64,000 nucleotides of DNA from Vulcanimicrobiota bacterium (GTDB taxonomy: Bacteria; Vulcanimicrobiota; Vulcanimicrobiia; Vulcanimicrobiales; Vulcanimicrobiaceae): contig CAWHMK010000002.1 of the NCBI GenBank assembly GCA_963830545.1, forward strand, positions 25,749 through 89,748, written 5' to 3'. The translations under genes were made by a program, and so were the position numbers. This document shows positions 47,727-57,429 of the stretch, in pieces. Every line of letters begins with the position of its first letter. Positions within the stretch are counted from its first letter, which is position 1. The notes beneath the pieces are model-generated. The model made no database searches and was not told the DNA's origin. It was given only the letters and a program-made list of their open reading frames with translations.

Positions 47727-48677
47727 ATGAGCACTACGTTACTTCCGGAAGAGCAGCCGAAGAATCTTCACCGGCGTTCCAACAGTTCGGAGAGCAAGCG
47801 CTACGGGTTCTTTCCGGGATGCGTCGCCAAAGAGTCGTGCAAAGAGCTCTTCAACTCTACCATGCTTCTGGCGGACAAACTGGGCATCGAACTCATTGAG
47901 CTCACGGCAGCGTCGTGCTGTGGTGCATCGGTGGTCAACGACACGAATCGCGACATCGCGCGCGTGTTGAACGCGCGCACGTACGCACAGGCCGAAGCAC
48001 TCGGCTTGGACGACGTAATTACGATTTGCTCGACGTGCACCGGCCACATGCGCGCTGCGAATAAAGAGCTGCTGGACTCGGAAGAGCGCCTGAACCACGC
48101 GAACGCGATCCTGGGCAAGTTCGGCGCGAAGTATAGCGGCAACGTCATGGTGCGCCACCTTCTTTGGCTGCTCATCGACGACATCGGTCTGGACAACCTG
48201 CGCGGCATGGTGGTTCGCCCGCTCAACGGGCTAAAGGTTGCGCCGTTCTACGGCTGCCACATCATTCGGCCCGAAAGCGTGAACGGCTGGGAGTCGTCGC
48301 GCAATCCGCACTCGCTCGAAGACATCGTCGACGCGCTCGGCGGAGAACCCGTCGACTACGCGGGCAAAACGCGCTGCTGCGGCTTCCACATCCAGCTCGA
48401 AAAAGACAATGTGGCGGCATCGATGGTCGGCCAGAATATGCGCATGGCAAAAGATAAAGGAGCCGAGGCGGTTATAACGCCATGCCCGCTATGCCATCTC
48501 GCGTTAGACGGCTATCAGCAAGATTCCGCGTCGCGCTGGGGCCGCACGGACCTTCCGACGTTCCACTTGCCGCAGCTGGTCGCGTACGCGCTCGGCGTTC
48601 CGGCTGAAAAGCTCGGGCTGAACAAGCACCTCATCGATCCGCGAGGCATCATGGTGGAGCGCGACCTCATCGCGTAG
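47727..48677 (+). CDS. sdhE: CCG-domain protein (HdrB/GlpC/SdhE-like), putative third SDH subunit
   Basis: Start ATG 47727. Two Cys-rich CCG units: GCVAKESC..SCCGAS..CSTC and GCHIIRPE..RCCGFH..CPLC. Confidence 0.8.
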   Translation: MSTTLLPEEQPKNLHRRSNSSESKRYGFFPGCVAKESCKELFNSTMLLADKLGIELIELTAASCCGASVVNDTNRDIARVLNARTYAQAEALGLDDVITICSTCTGHMRAANKELLDSEERLNHANAILGKFGAKYSGNVMVRHLLWLLIDDIGLDNLRGMVVRPLNGLKVAPFYGCHIIRPESVNGWESSRNPHSLEDIVDALGGEPVDYAGKTRCCGFHIQLEKDNVAASMVGQNMRMAKDKGAEAVITPCPLCHLALDGYQQDSASRWGRTDLPTFHLPQLVAYALGVPAEKLGLNKHLIDPRGIMVERDLIA

Positions 48678-48686
48678 GCGTTCGCG

Positions 48687-48908
48687 CTAAGCGCTCACCG
48701 CGTTCTGAACCACGACGTGGACCGAGGCGACTCGGTCCGCTTCGATCTCCATCCGCTCGCCGTCGAAGACGATAATGGACTCTCCCTTGCGCAGCGAATC
48801 CAGCATGGCTTCGCGCATGAAATTTGCCATCTGCGCCTGATTGAAGCATTCGGTTATGGCCCGTCCATCGACGAGCGTAACGGTCAGCTCTGCGGGAAAG
48901 CGACTCAC
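48687..48908 (-). CDS. Hypothetical small protein (73 aa)
   Basis: ORF MSRFPAELTVTLVDGRAITECFNQAQMANFMREAMLDSLRKGESIIVFDGERMEIEADRVASVHVVVQNAVSA. Composition is protein-like, unlike neighbouring shadow ORFs. No family recognised. Confidence 0.45.
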   Translation of the reverse strand: MSRFPAELTVTLVDGRAITECFNQAQMANFMREAMLDSLRKGESIIVFDGERMEIEADRVASVHVVVQNAVSA

Positions 48909-48929
48909 GATATCATCCCTCCGGTAGGA

Positions 48930-50612
48930 TTGGAATATTCCCGCCGCTTCAATGGACTACACGTCCGGAAAGCGAAGCTCGAGCACGTGCAGCGGTTCGA
49001 TCGCGACGTTGAAACGCTCGCGGCCTCCAAGGGTGCTTGGGCTCGGCTGCCTATCGAGCGAAAGATCGTGATGCTCGAGGTGCTCAAGGCATCGGTTCAC
49101 GCCGCTGCGCCCGAATGGGTCGCCGCGGCCGCGAAAGCGAAAGGCCTTCGGCCCGACTCGCCGCTCCGGGGTGAGGAATGGATTTCCGGCCCCTGGGCCG
49201 TCCTGTACGCCGTAAACCGCTATCTTCGGACGCTGCGCGCAATCGCGAGGCGCGGCGCGTCACCGATTCCCAAAGCAGCATCGCATGCGAGCGGCCGCAC
49301 GGTTCTGAAAGTGTTTCCGCACTCTTTGTACGACCGCGCGCTGCTGAGCGGCATATCCGCGCAAGTGTGGTTGCAGCCCGGCGTGACGCCGCAAGACGCG
49401 GCTCGCGAGGCCGCTCCGTTTTATCAGCAGCCGCGTGCCGAAGGCAGCGTCACACTCGTACTGGGCGCCGGCAACATTTCCAGTATTCCTCCGCTGGACG
49501 TCTTGTATAAGTTGTGCGGCGACGGAAGCGTCTGCATGCTGAAAATGAACCCGGTCAACGACTACCTCGGCCCAATTTTCGAGCGCGTATTCGGGGCTTT
49601 CGTAAACGCCGGCTATCTTCGTTTTGCATATGGGGGAGTGGACGCCGGCAGGTACCTTTGCGCGCACGAACTCGTCGACGACATTCACATCACCGGAAGC
49701 GAGAGCACGTACCAAACGATTCTCGCGAACATGACGACGCGTAAGCCGATGACGAGCGAGCTCGGCAACGTCAGTCCGACCATCGTCTTCCCCGGCCCCT
49801 GGAGCGACGACGACGTCAGCTTCCAGGCGGAAAACATCGCGAGCCAAAAAGCGCACAATGCCGGCTTCAATTGCATCGCTTCGCAAGTGTTGATAGTACC
49901 TGGCGCATGGAAACACACGCCGGCGCTTCGGGAACGCATCGGGGGCGTGTTCGAACGGATGGAGCAGCGCCCGGAGTATTATCCCGGCGCTTCCACGCGG
50001 CGCGCACGGCTCGCGGGAGACGGCAAAGATCTGCGCACCATCGTTCTCGCCGATCCTGCGCAGAGCGAACATCCGGCGTTTACGACGGAAGCATTCTGCG
50101 GCGTGCTCGCGAGCGTCGAGCTTCCCGGCGGCATACGGCAGTACGTGCGAGATGCCGTCGCTTTCGCGAACGATCGGCTGCACGGTACGCTGGGCGTAAA
50201 CCTCGTCATTCATCCGGCGACGATAAAAGAACATCGTGCCCTCGTCGACGAGGCCATCGCAGAGTTACGGTATGGATGCGTCGCCGTGAACGGCTGGACC
50301 GGCATCGGATATTTTCTCACCGAAACGCCATGGGGCGCGTATCGTGGAGAAACGACGCGGGGCACCGCAAGCGGTACCGGCGTCGTCCATAATTCTTATT
50401 TTCTCACGCGAACGGAAAAGAGCGTCATATACGCGCCGTTCGCGCCCTTTCCGCGTAGCGTCCGCGGCGGTGAATTGAGCTTCCTTCCGCGGCCGCCGTG
50501 GTTCGTTACGAACTCGATGCAAGCGGAAATCGGTCGCGCACTGTGCGACTTCGAACTCGCGCCTTCACCTGGCCGGGCGATGCGCGTCGCCGTGCTCGCG
50601 ATGCGCGCGTAA
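48930..50612 (+). CDS. Aldehyde dehydrogenase superfamily protein
   Basis: ELGNVSPTIV (catalytic Glu region) and AGFNCIASQVLIV (catalytic Cys). The start is uncertain: TTG 48930 was chosen because the ORF-track start 48717 overlaps the antisense small gene. Confidence 0.8.
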   Translation: MEYSRRFNGLHVRKAKLEHVQRFDRDVETLAASKGAWARLPIERKIVMLEVLKASVHAAAPEWVAAAAKAKGLRPDSPLRGEEWISGPWAVLYAVNRYLRTLRAIARRGASPIPKAASHASGRTVLKVFPHSLYDRALLSGISAQVWLQPGVTPQDAAREAAPFYQQPRAEGSVTLVLGAGNISSIPPLDVLYKLCGDGSVCMLKMNPVNDYLGPIFERVFGAFVNAGYLRFAYGGVDAGRYLCAHELVDDIHITGSESTYQTILANMTTRKPMTSELGNVSPTIVFPGPWSDDDVSFQAENIASQKAHNAGFNCIASQVLIVPGAWKHTPALRERIGGVFERMEQRPEYYPGASTRRARLAGDGKDLRTIVLADPAQSEHPAFTTEAFCGVLASVELPGGIRQYVRDAVAFANDRLHGTLGVNLVIHPATIKEHRALVDEAIAELRYGCVAVNGWTGIGYFLTETPWGAYRGETTRGTASGTGVVHNSYFLTRTEKSVIYAPFAPFPRSVRGGELSFLPRPPWFVTNSMQAEIGRALCDFELAPSPGRAMRVAVLAMRA

Positions 50613-50617
50613 AAAAC

Positions 50618-51337
50618 TTATTGCACGTTGACGGGAATCGACGCTACGGCGCCGCTCTCTTCTTTCACCGTGACGGTGCACGAACCGCGCGAAACCGGAG
50701 CGGCGCTGTAGGTCGCGGAATTTTCTCCGGATGCGGCAAGCGTGACGTTTGCGATGCCGCTGCACGCGTCTCGCTCGGAGAAAGCGGCAACCGCCGCGGA
50801 ACTTTGCACGAGGAAGAGTTTGGCCTCCCCGTTTATCGCGAGGTTGAGCGGCCCTTGCGGCGAGACGGCGATCGTCGCGCGACCGGAAGATGCATTCCCG
50901 GAGGCGGACTGCGCGCTCAGCGTTTGACCTGGCCGCCATACCGCTCCGTCGGTAAAACGCACGGAGTCGACTTTGCAGGTGACGTTGGGAGAAACGAACG
51001 CCGGCAGCACGAATGCCTGGCCGGCACCGTTGCGGTATTTGTGAGTGATCTCGATGCCCGGAGAAAACGTTCCCACATCGCGGATGACGAACGTCTGTCC
51101 ATTTGAATCGACGGCGAAATTGATCAGATCCGCGGTTTTCGACGATTCGTTCGTGAATTGAATCTGGATGCCGTCGCTCGTGGAGGCGACGGGAACGCCG
51201 AAGAGGGTTTGCGTGCCGGACGAAAGCATCGGCGCGCAGCTGTTCACCTGTACCGGCGGCGAGCTGGTATCCGCCGTAGCGGATCCGAACAGCGGCAGAA
51301 TGGCGATGAGACAGCCGGCCGGAACACCCTTGCGCAT
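50618..51337 (-). CDS. Secreted hypothetical protein
   Basis: 239 aa. Signal peptide MRKGVPAGCLIAILPLFGSATA. Ser/Thr/Val-rich, beta-type composition. Confidence 0.6.
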   Translation of the reverse strand: MRKGVPAGCLIAILPLFGSATADTSSPPVQVNSCAPMLSSGTQTLFGVPVASTSDGIQIQFTNESSKTADLINFAVDSNGQTFVIRDVGTFSPGIEITHKYRNGAGQAFVLPAFVSPNVTCKVDSVRFTDGAVWRPGQTLSAQSASGNASSGRATIAVSPQGPLNLAINGEAKLFLVQSSAAVAAFSERDACSGIANVTLAASGENSATYSAAPVSRGSCTVTVKEESGAVASIPVNVQ

Positions 51338-51349
51338 CGTAAAAACATT

Positions 51350-51751
51350 CTACGCCCGCTCTCGAGCTCCGTTCTGGACCGAGAGTTCCCAACGGTATCC
51401 GTCGGGATCGTGGAACCAGAGGCCCATGTGAGCAGAGCCGGACGCCTCGGGTCCAATCTCGTCACCGGGATCCTCGAGTTCCACGCCGTTCTTCTTCAGC
51501 GTTTCCAATGCGTCGCGCAGCGCTTGCATATTCTGCAGGTGAAAAGACATGTGATCGAACGTCTCGGGATGCGGCGTGCCTTCGTGCAGCACGATCGTGA
51601 CCTGCTCGTTCGAGAGGCCGACGCCGCCCTCGAACCGGAAGATCTCCTCCAAGTCGAAATTCTTCTTCCAAAACGCCGCACAGGCATCCGGTTCTTTCAC
51701 CGCGAGGCCGAAATGCCCAACCGCGCCAAGTTTCACCTTCGTCATGAGCAC
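51350..51751 (-). CDS. VOC/glyoxalase family protein
   Basis: 133 aa. GHFGLAVKEP .. DHMSFHLQN .. WFHDPDGYRWEL pattern. Confidence 0.8.
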   Translation of the reverse strand: MLMTKVKLGAVGHFGLAVKEPDACAAFWKKNFDLEEIFRFEGGVGLSNEQVTIVLHEGTPHPETFDHMSFHLQNMQALRDALETLKKNGVELEDPGDEIGPEASGSAHMGLWFHDPDGYRWELSVQNGARERA

Positions 51752-51870
51752 CTTGTACCCGCTGCGCGGGACGCAGCTCGGTTTGCTGCGGCAATAATTG
51801 CTCTGGTGCTCGGTCTTGCCGCTTGCGCTTCACCCGCGCACGACGGCGGGTGCGGTACTGCCCGCCCTGC

Positions 51871-52392
51871 TTAGTCTCGGAGAATGTCCGTGGACGTCTT
51901 CTCGTAGCGCATGAGATCGCGCTTGTATGCGCGCACGATCCGATCGTAACGCATTTCCAAATGGTTTGCGAGGGCGACTGAGCGCGAATTCATGCGATCG
52001 ATCAGGGCGTAGAGCCGAGCGATTCGCAATTCGGCGAAAGCGTACGCCAGCACGGCGCGAGCGGCTTCGATCGCGTACCCATGGCCGTGATACGCGCGGT
52101 TGAAAATCCATGCGATTTCCACGTCCGGCTCGTACCCCGGAATTTGCGTGACGCCGCATTCGCCGATGACGCGGTGTTCGGCTTTGTGCAAGACCGGCCA
52201 GATGCCGTACCCTTGCCGCTCGTCGCGTTCGGCCATTCGCTGAACGAGACGTTCGGTTTGTTCGCGATCCAGCGCGCCGCACGGAATGAAGCGCATCGTC
52301 TCCGCATCGCCGTAAATGGCAAATGCGTCGTCGAGGTCGCGCGGCAGCTGCCATTTGCGTATCAGCAGCCGTTCGGTTTCGATGAAACTCAA
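51871..52392 (-). CDS. GNAT N-acetyltransferase (RimJ/RimL-like)
   Basis: 173 aa. ETERLLIRKW .. WPVLHKAEHRVIGECGV .. HGHGYAIEAARAVLAYAF. Confidence 0.8.
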   Translation of the reverse strand: MSFIETERLLIRKWQLPRDLDDAFAIYGDAETMRFIPCGALDREQTERLVQRMAERDERQGYGIWPVLHKAEHRVIGECGVTQIPGYEPDVEIAWIFNRAYHGHGYAIEAARAVLAYAFAELRIARLYALIDRMNSRSVALANHLEMRYDRIVRAYKRDLMRYEKTSTDILRD

Positions 52393-53540
52393 CGAACGCC
52401 CGCGGCTCGAAGCATCTGCATCACGCGATCGACCGGTAAACCATATACGGTGACGCCTCGTTGTCCGGTCATCGTCTTCGCACTGAATAGCGCGTCGTAA
52501 ATGGCCGCCTCGGTCGCTTCGGCCGTCGCGCGATAGACCGCGTTGAGCGTATCCTCATTTTCGGTAATGTGGTTCGCAGGCGGCGAAATAGTGAAATTTC
52601 CGGCGTGGTTGAAGACGTAGCCGGTGCTGAACGCGAGGAAGAGATCGCCGCTGCCGACGTCGCTCGTCAATCCCGTGCGGGCCATTCCTAGACCGGCACG
52701 CAGCGCAACCGCGCGCAGCTGCCGCGAATCGAGCGGAGCGTTCGTCGCGACGACGATGATGATGCTTCCCGAGGCCATTCTTCCGTGGAGCGAGACGCGG
52801 TGCGGAAACGTCATCCGGTATTCGTTCTTGAGCCGCTCGCCGACGTGTACGCCGTCCACGGTCAGCTGTTCGCGCGTCGATCCGGTGTTGTCGTTGACCA
52901 GCACGCCGACCGTATAGCCGCCGAGATCTTTCGGAATCACGCGCGACGCGGAACCGATTCCCGCTTTGAACCCGAATGCTTTCATTCCGGTGCCCGCACC
53001 GACGCTGCCGCGCTCGAATTGCCCGGGCCTGGCGGAATTCAGTAAACGCAGGACGTCGCTCGCGCCGACCGCGCGCGCCTGAATGTCGTTCAGCAATTGG
53101 TCGTCGCATTCCGCGACGACCGGAAGGGGCACGTCGTCGCTTCGCCCGACTTGCGGATGTTTTTCGATCTGCCAACTCACGACGCCGTCATCGGCGCGGC
53201 CGATGTCGAGAGTATCGGTGAGAACGATCGGCTCCTCGAGATAACCCGACTCGTTTATCCAATGCGTTCCCGTCATCTCACCGTTTCCGTTGAACGGCAC
53301 CGCGGCCGCTGCGACTTTGCGATCCCACGGGTCGGCGTCAGGCAGAATCGCCGTCGCACCCGTGCGGATGCTTTCGCCCTCGACTTTGGTCACATGCGAA
53401 ACCATCACGCCCGGAACGTCGGTAATACCGTCGAGCGGCCCGGGCGGGTACGATCCGAAACGGAATGGTATCGCCGCCGAGGCCGCCGTTCCGGCGGCAA
53501 GCAGCAGCAAACAGAAAAATCCGGCAATGACGCGTCCCAT
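52389..53540 (-). CDS. P1/S58 family peptidase (DmpA-like aminopeptidase)
   Basis: 383 aa with signal peptide. GITDVPGVMVSH .. IIIVVATNAPLDSRQL .. GSGDLFLAFST. Confidence 0.8.
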   Translation of the reverse strand: MGRVIAGFFCLLLLAAGTAASAAIPFRFGSYPPGPLDGITDVPGVMVSHVTKVEGESIRTGATAILPDADPWDRKVAAAAVPFNGNGEMTGTHWINESGYLEEPIVLTDTLDIGRADDGVVSWQIEKHPQVGRSDDVPLPVVAECDDQLLNDIQARAVGASDVLRLLNSARPGQFERGSVGAGTGMKAFGFKAGIGSASRVIPKDLGGYTVGVLVNDNTGSTREQLTVDGVHVGERLKNEYRMTFPHRVSLHGRMASGSIIIVVATNAPLDSRQLRAVALRAGLGMARTGLTSDVGSGDLFLAFSTGYVFNHAGNFTISPPANHITENEDTLNAVYRATAEATEAAIYDALFSAKTMTGQRGVTVYGLPVDRVMQMLRAAGVR

Positions 53541-53628
53541 GGCGCACGATTAGGCCCATCGGCCAAGAAGGCCCTGCAGGCTCGCTCTAGCGCCTTACCT
53601 AAGTGATCGACTTTACTTGTAGGGGAGT

Positions 53629-55200
53629 ATGGCCATACTGACGGTTCCGGAGAAGTTCAAAGCCGCTCACGTCTACGAGAACCTCTCGACCGCCGAGCTC
53701 GTCGAACACGCGCTTCGCCGTGGCGAAGGCGTGCTCGGAAACGAGGGACAGCTCATCGTCGACACGCGTCCCCACACCGGCCGCTCGCCCAAGGACAAAT
53801 TTTTCGTCAGAGAACCGTCGAGCGAGGCTCATATCGATTGGGGCGACACCAATCGCGCCATCGAACCTCACGTGTTCGAAGCGCTCTGGGATCGCGTCAA
53901 CTCGTACCTCTGGGAGCGTGAGGTCTACTCGCTGGACTGCTACGTTGGAGCGGACGAAAATTATCGCCTGCCGGTTCGCGTCGTAACCGAATTCGCGTGG
54001 CATAATTTGTTCGCGCGCGATCTGTTCATCGTGCCGGATTCCGTGCCGAAAGACTTCGCGCCCGAATTCACCGTCGTCGACGCCGCGCTTTTTCAAGCCG
54101 ACCCGCAGCGCGACGGCACCAATTCCTCGACGTTCATCCTCGTGAACTTCGCGAAGCGCCTGATCCTTATCGGCGGCACGCGGTACGCCGGTGAAATCAA
54201 GAAGTCCGTCTTTACGATCATGAATTACTTGCTGCCGCTGCGCAGCACGCTGCCGATGCATTGTTCGGCGAACGTCGGAACCGGCGGCGACGTTGCGATT
54301 TTCTTCGGCCTTTCGGGAACCGGAAAGACGACGCTTTCCGCGGACGCGCGTCGCCCGCTGATCGGCGACGACGAACACGGCTGGTCGGCAAACGGCATCT
54401 TCAACTTCGAAGGGGGCTGCTATGCGAAGGTGATCCGCCTCTCGCAGAAAGCCGAGCCGGAAATTTGGGCCGCTTCCCATCGTTTCGGTGCGGTGCTGGA
54501 AAACGTCGCGTACGATGAGAACACGCGCGTGTTGGATCTGGATTCGGATGCAAAAACCGAAAATACGCGATCGGCGTACCCCATCGACTTCATCCCGAAC
54601 ATCGTCGCCGGCAGCAAAGGCGATCACGCGAAAACGATCGTCATGCTCACTGCGGATGCGTTCGGCGTATTGCCGCCCATCGCCAAGCTCAGCAAAGAGC
54701 AGGCGATGTACCACTTCCTTTCGGGCTACACCGCGAAAGTGGCCGGCACCGAGCGCGGCGTAACCGAACCGCAAGCAACCTTCTCGACGTGTTTCGGCGC
54801 TCCGTTCATGGTGCAGCATCCGACCGTGTACTCGCGCCTGCTCGGCGAGCGCATCGACAAGCATCGCGTCCAGTGCTGGCTCATCAACACGGGCTGGAGC
54901 GGCGGTCCGTACGGCGTCGGCAAGCGCATGGCGATCGGCTACACGCGCGCGATGGTCAATGCGGCAATTGAAGGCGCGCTGTCCCGCGTGCAATTCGAAG
55001 ACGAACCGTTCTTCGGGCTCTCGATCCCGCTGCAAGTTCCGGGCGTTCCCAGCGAAGTGCTCGATCCGCGCAACGTGTGGCTCGACGGCGCCGCCTACGA
55101 CGCCCAAGCGAAAAAACTCGCTTCGCTCTTCGCCAAGAATTTCGAGAAGTTCGAAGCGCACGCCGCCCCGGCGGTTCTCGCCGCCGCGATCAAGCCGTAA
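53629..55200 (+). CDS. pckA: Phosphoenolpyruvate carboxykinase (ATP)
   Basis: 523 aa. Kinase-1a [31 protein letters not shown]. Confidence 0.95.
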   Translation: MAILTVPEKFKAAHVYENLSTAELVEHALRRGEGVLGNEGQLIVDTRPHTGRSPKDKFFVREPSSEAHIDWGDTNRAIEPHVFEALWDRVNSYLWEREVYSLDCYVGADENYRLPVRVVTEFAWHNLFARDLFIVPDSVPKDFAPEFTVVDAALFQADPQRDGTNSSTFILVNFAKRLILIGGTRYAGEIKKSVFTIMNYLLPLRSTLPMHCSANVGTGGDVAIFFGLSGTGKTTLSADARRPLIGDDEHGWSANGIFNFEGGCYAKVIRLSQKAEPEIWAASHRFGAVLENVAYDENTRVLDLDSDAKTENTRSAYPIDFIPNIVAGSKGDHAKTIVMLTADAFGVLPPIAKLSKEQAMYHFLSGYTAKVAGTERGVTEPQATFSTCFGAPFMVQHPTVYSRLLGERIDKHRVQCWLINTGWSGGPYGVGKRMAIGYTRAMVNAAIEGALSRVQFEDEPFFGLSIPLQVPGVPSEVLDPRNVWLDGAAYDAQAKKLASLFAKNFEKFEAHAAPAVLAAAIKP

Positions 55201-56338
55201 GCGAGAGCGCCCGCATTATCGGGCGGTAGATCATCGGAACTTCCGTCAGCACCGGAACGATCCGTTCGCGCGCCGCGCGCAGTAGCGGACTGGGCGTTGC
55301 CAGCACTCGCGTGAGGAGATCGGTTCGCCGCAGAACGCCTCTTGCAACGGCTAGCCGTTCGCGCTCGTAGGAGTCGAACAGCGAGGACTGCGCCTCGCCG
55401 CAAGCCACGCGCGCCAGTTTTTCGGCAAGACTCCACGCATCGTGCAGACCGATGTTCATGCCCTGGCCGCCGACCGGACTGTGGGTATGCGCGCTATCGC
55501 CGGCGAGAAAAACGTTTTCGCGGCGCATCGCGCTCGCCAGCCGCCGCTGCACGCGAAACCGGTTGCTGCAAACGACCCGCTCGACGACGGTGTCTTCATA
55601 TCGTGCCTGCGTCAGACGCTCTTGCAGCCAGTCAACTTCCGCGTACTCGGGCAAATGTTCGCCCGGCGCGATGACGACGACGCGTCGCAGGCCCTCGTTC
55701 ATCGCAAACATCGTCACCACGCCACGCTCGTGGACGTGTACGCGCGCTTCCGCGGACTTAATCTCCGTGCGCAACTCGACGTCGCAAAGCAGCGCGCTTC
55801 CGGGGTAGGAATTTCCCAAGAACGCGATTCGGGCGAGCTCACGTACGGTGCTGTGGACTCCGTCGCATCCGACGACGAACCGTGAATGCATAGTGCGAGT
55901 GTCGCCCGCCGCTTCTCGTATGACGGTTTCCACCGCGCCGGCGCGCTGCTTCAAACCGGCGAGTTCGGCACCGTACCGGACGCGGCCGCCGAGCTGGAGG
56001 AGCCGCGCCTCCAGCAGCGCCTGCGTCTTCCACTGCGGAAGAATCGTCACGTATTTGTAGTCGCCGCCGAAGTGCTGGAACGACACGAACGCGGACCGGT
56101 ACGGCGTAACGAAACGCACTCCTTCGATCCGATTTGCTGCGCTCAAGACCTCGGATACGAGATCGGCGCGACTGAAGAGGCGCATCGTGCCCGGCATGAT
56201 TGCCAGTGCTTTCGAATGTGCCGCCGGCGAATTCGAACGCTCGATCACCAGGCACTCGCGCCCACGCCGCTGCAGTTCCGACGCGAGAAAAAGTCCCACC
56301 GGCCCGGCGCCGACGATGAGCGTCTCCGCATATTCCAC
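55190..56338 (-). CDS. FAD-dependent aromatic-ring monooxygenase family protein
   Basis: [39 protein letters not shown]. Convergent 11-nt overlap with pckA. Confidence 0.8.
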   Translation of the reverse strand: MEYAETLIVGAGPVGLFLASELQRRGRECLVIERSNSPAAHSKALAIMPGTMRLFSRADLVSEVLSAANRIEGVRFVTPYRSAFVSFQHFGGDYKYVTILPQWKTQALLEARLLQLGGRVRYGAELAGLKQRAGAVETVIREAAGDTRTMHSRFVVGCDGVHSTVRELARIAFLGNSYPGSALLCDVELRTEIKSAEARVHVHERGVVTMFAMNEGLRRVVVIAPGEHLPEYAEVDWLQERLTQARYEDTVVERVVCSNRFRVQRRLASAMRRENVFLAGDSAHTHSPVGGQGMNIGLHDAWSLAEKLARVACGEAQSSLFDSYERERLAVARGVLRRTDLLTRVLATPSPLLRAARERIVPVLTEVPMIYRPIMRALSLTA

Positions 56339-56772
56339 TAAGTTTGCTCGCCGATTCCGACTGCTTTGAACAGAATACGTTTAGGGCGCCCTCCGTCGAA
56401 TTCGCCGTAATGAACGCGCTCCCAGGTGCCGAGATCGAGTTTGCCGCCGGTGACGGGTACGATGATTTGGTGCCCGAGCAGCATGCGCTTCAGATGCGCG
56501 TCGGCGTTGTCTTCTCCCGTGAGATGATGCTTGTAGTCCGGCTTGCGCGGCGCCAAATCCTCGAGCCACTCCATGATGTCTTGCCAGAGTCCGGATTCAC
56601 GATCGTTGACGAAGATGCTTGCGGTTATATGCATCGTGCCGACCAGAATGAATCCGTCGAACAGCCCCGCTCTCTTGCGTACCCCTTCGACCCGATCGGT
56701 GACGTCGAGTATTTCGTACCGGCTTTTCGTCGTGATAGTCTGATGCTCGGTGTGTGCGATGAGATCTTTCAT
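56338..56772 (-). CDS. yjbQ: YjbQ/UPF0047 family protein
   Basis: 144 aa. HITASIFVNDRESGLWQDIMEWLE .. HLKRMLLGHQIIVPVTGGKLDLGTWERV. Confidence 0.85.
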   Translation of the reverse strand: MKDLIAHTEHQTITTKSRYEILDVTDRVEGVRKRAGLFDGFILVGTMHITASIFVNDRESGLWQDIMEWLEDLAPRKPDYKHHLTGEDNADAHLKRMLLGHQIIVPVTGGKLDLGTWERVHYGEFDGGRPKRILFKAVGIGEQT

Positions 56773-56844
56773 GCGTTTCTAAGCATATTCTCCGGCGCCG
56801 TGCGTTATCGTGAAGTCGTCCTTCCTCCCACGGAGTTTTAACTT

Positions 56845-57273
56845 GTGAAAACCCTTCGGTCTCTTCTTCTCCCGGCGGCGCTGGGCGCCGCTTTACTCGC
56901 TCCTGCGGCTGCTTTTGCGCAGCAGTCCGGGCAAGCGCCTGCGCCCGCCGCCGGCGCACCGGGCACGTATTCGCACCATGGCCACGGCCACGGATTCATG
57001 CGGCTGATGCGCGGCGTCAATCTGAGCACTCAGCAGAAAACGCAGATCAAACAGATCATGCAGCAGTACCGCCAAGCCCATCCGCGCGGCACCCAAATGG
57101 ACCTTCAGTCCCGCCGGCAATCACGCACTCAGTTGCGGCAGCAGATCATGAACGTCCTTACCCCGCAACAGCGCGCGCAAGTGCAGCAGAACGAGCAGCA
57201 ATTCCGCCTTCAGCGGCAGCAGCGCGGCCAAGACGGGTCCGCGCCGTCGGCTCAATCCTCACCGAATCCCTAA
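56845..57273 (+). CDS. Spy/CpxP-like periplasmic protein (LTxxQ motifs)
   Basis: GTG start, signal peptide, HHGHGHG, LSTQQKTQI and LTPQQRAQV repeats, Gln-rich. Confidence 0.7.
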   Translation: MKTLRSLLLPAALGAALLAPAAAFAQQSGQAPAPAAGAPGTYSHHGHGHGFMRLMRGVNLSTQQKTQIKQIMQQYRQAHPRGTQMDLQSRRQSRTQLRQQIMNVLTPQQRAQVQQNEQQFRLQRQQRGQDGSAPSAQSSPNP

Positions 57274-57295
57274 ACTGGGAAGCTTCACTCCTCGG

Positions 57296-57334
57296 GCGGA
57301 GCGGTCGCAGCGGCGGCGGCTCCGCTTTTGTTTT
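57296..57334 (+). terminator. Intrinsic terminator-like element
   Basis: GCGGAGC .. GCTCCGC stem followed by TTTTGTTTT, 23 nt after the stop at 57273. Confidence 0.55.
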
Positions 57335-57429
57335 GCGGCGTTGGCTTTCGCCTGGTCGGTACGTACGTTCGACCGTTCCCTGCCGGGTGTCCGAATGACT
57401 TGTGCGGCATTCTCGCGTAGTTGCGTGGG

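Noticed and set aside
48717-48929. 5' extension of the aldehyde dehydrogenase ORF, and an out-of-frame ATG at 48951 (MDYTSGK..) that could be joined by a -1 correction
   Set aside because: The extension is antisense to a more protein-like small ORF. The alternative ATG would need a deletion-type error, opposite to the +1 pattern seen everywhere else, and it has no SD. The start is left uncertain.
53599-55161. 520-aa minus-strand ORF antisense to pckA
   Set aside because: Same reasoning: pckA on the plus strand has unambiguous PEPCK motifs, while the antisense product is Arg/Val/Asp-rich with no recognisable domain.
57355-57375. GTACGTAC palindrome / imperfect inverted repeat upstream of pfp
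   Set aside because: It is short and imperfect, and an 8-bp palindrome is expected by chance in 64 kb. There is no supporting context.
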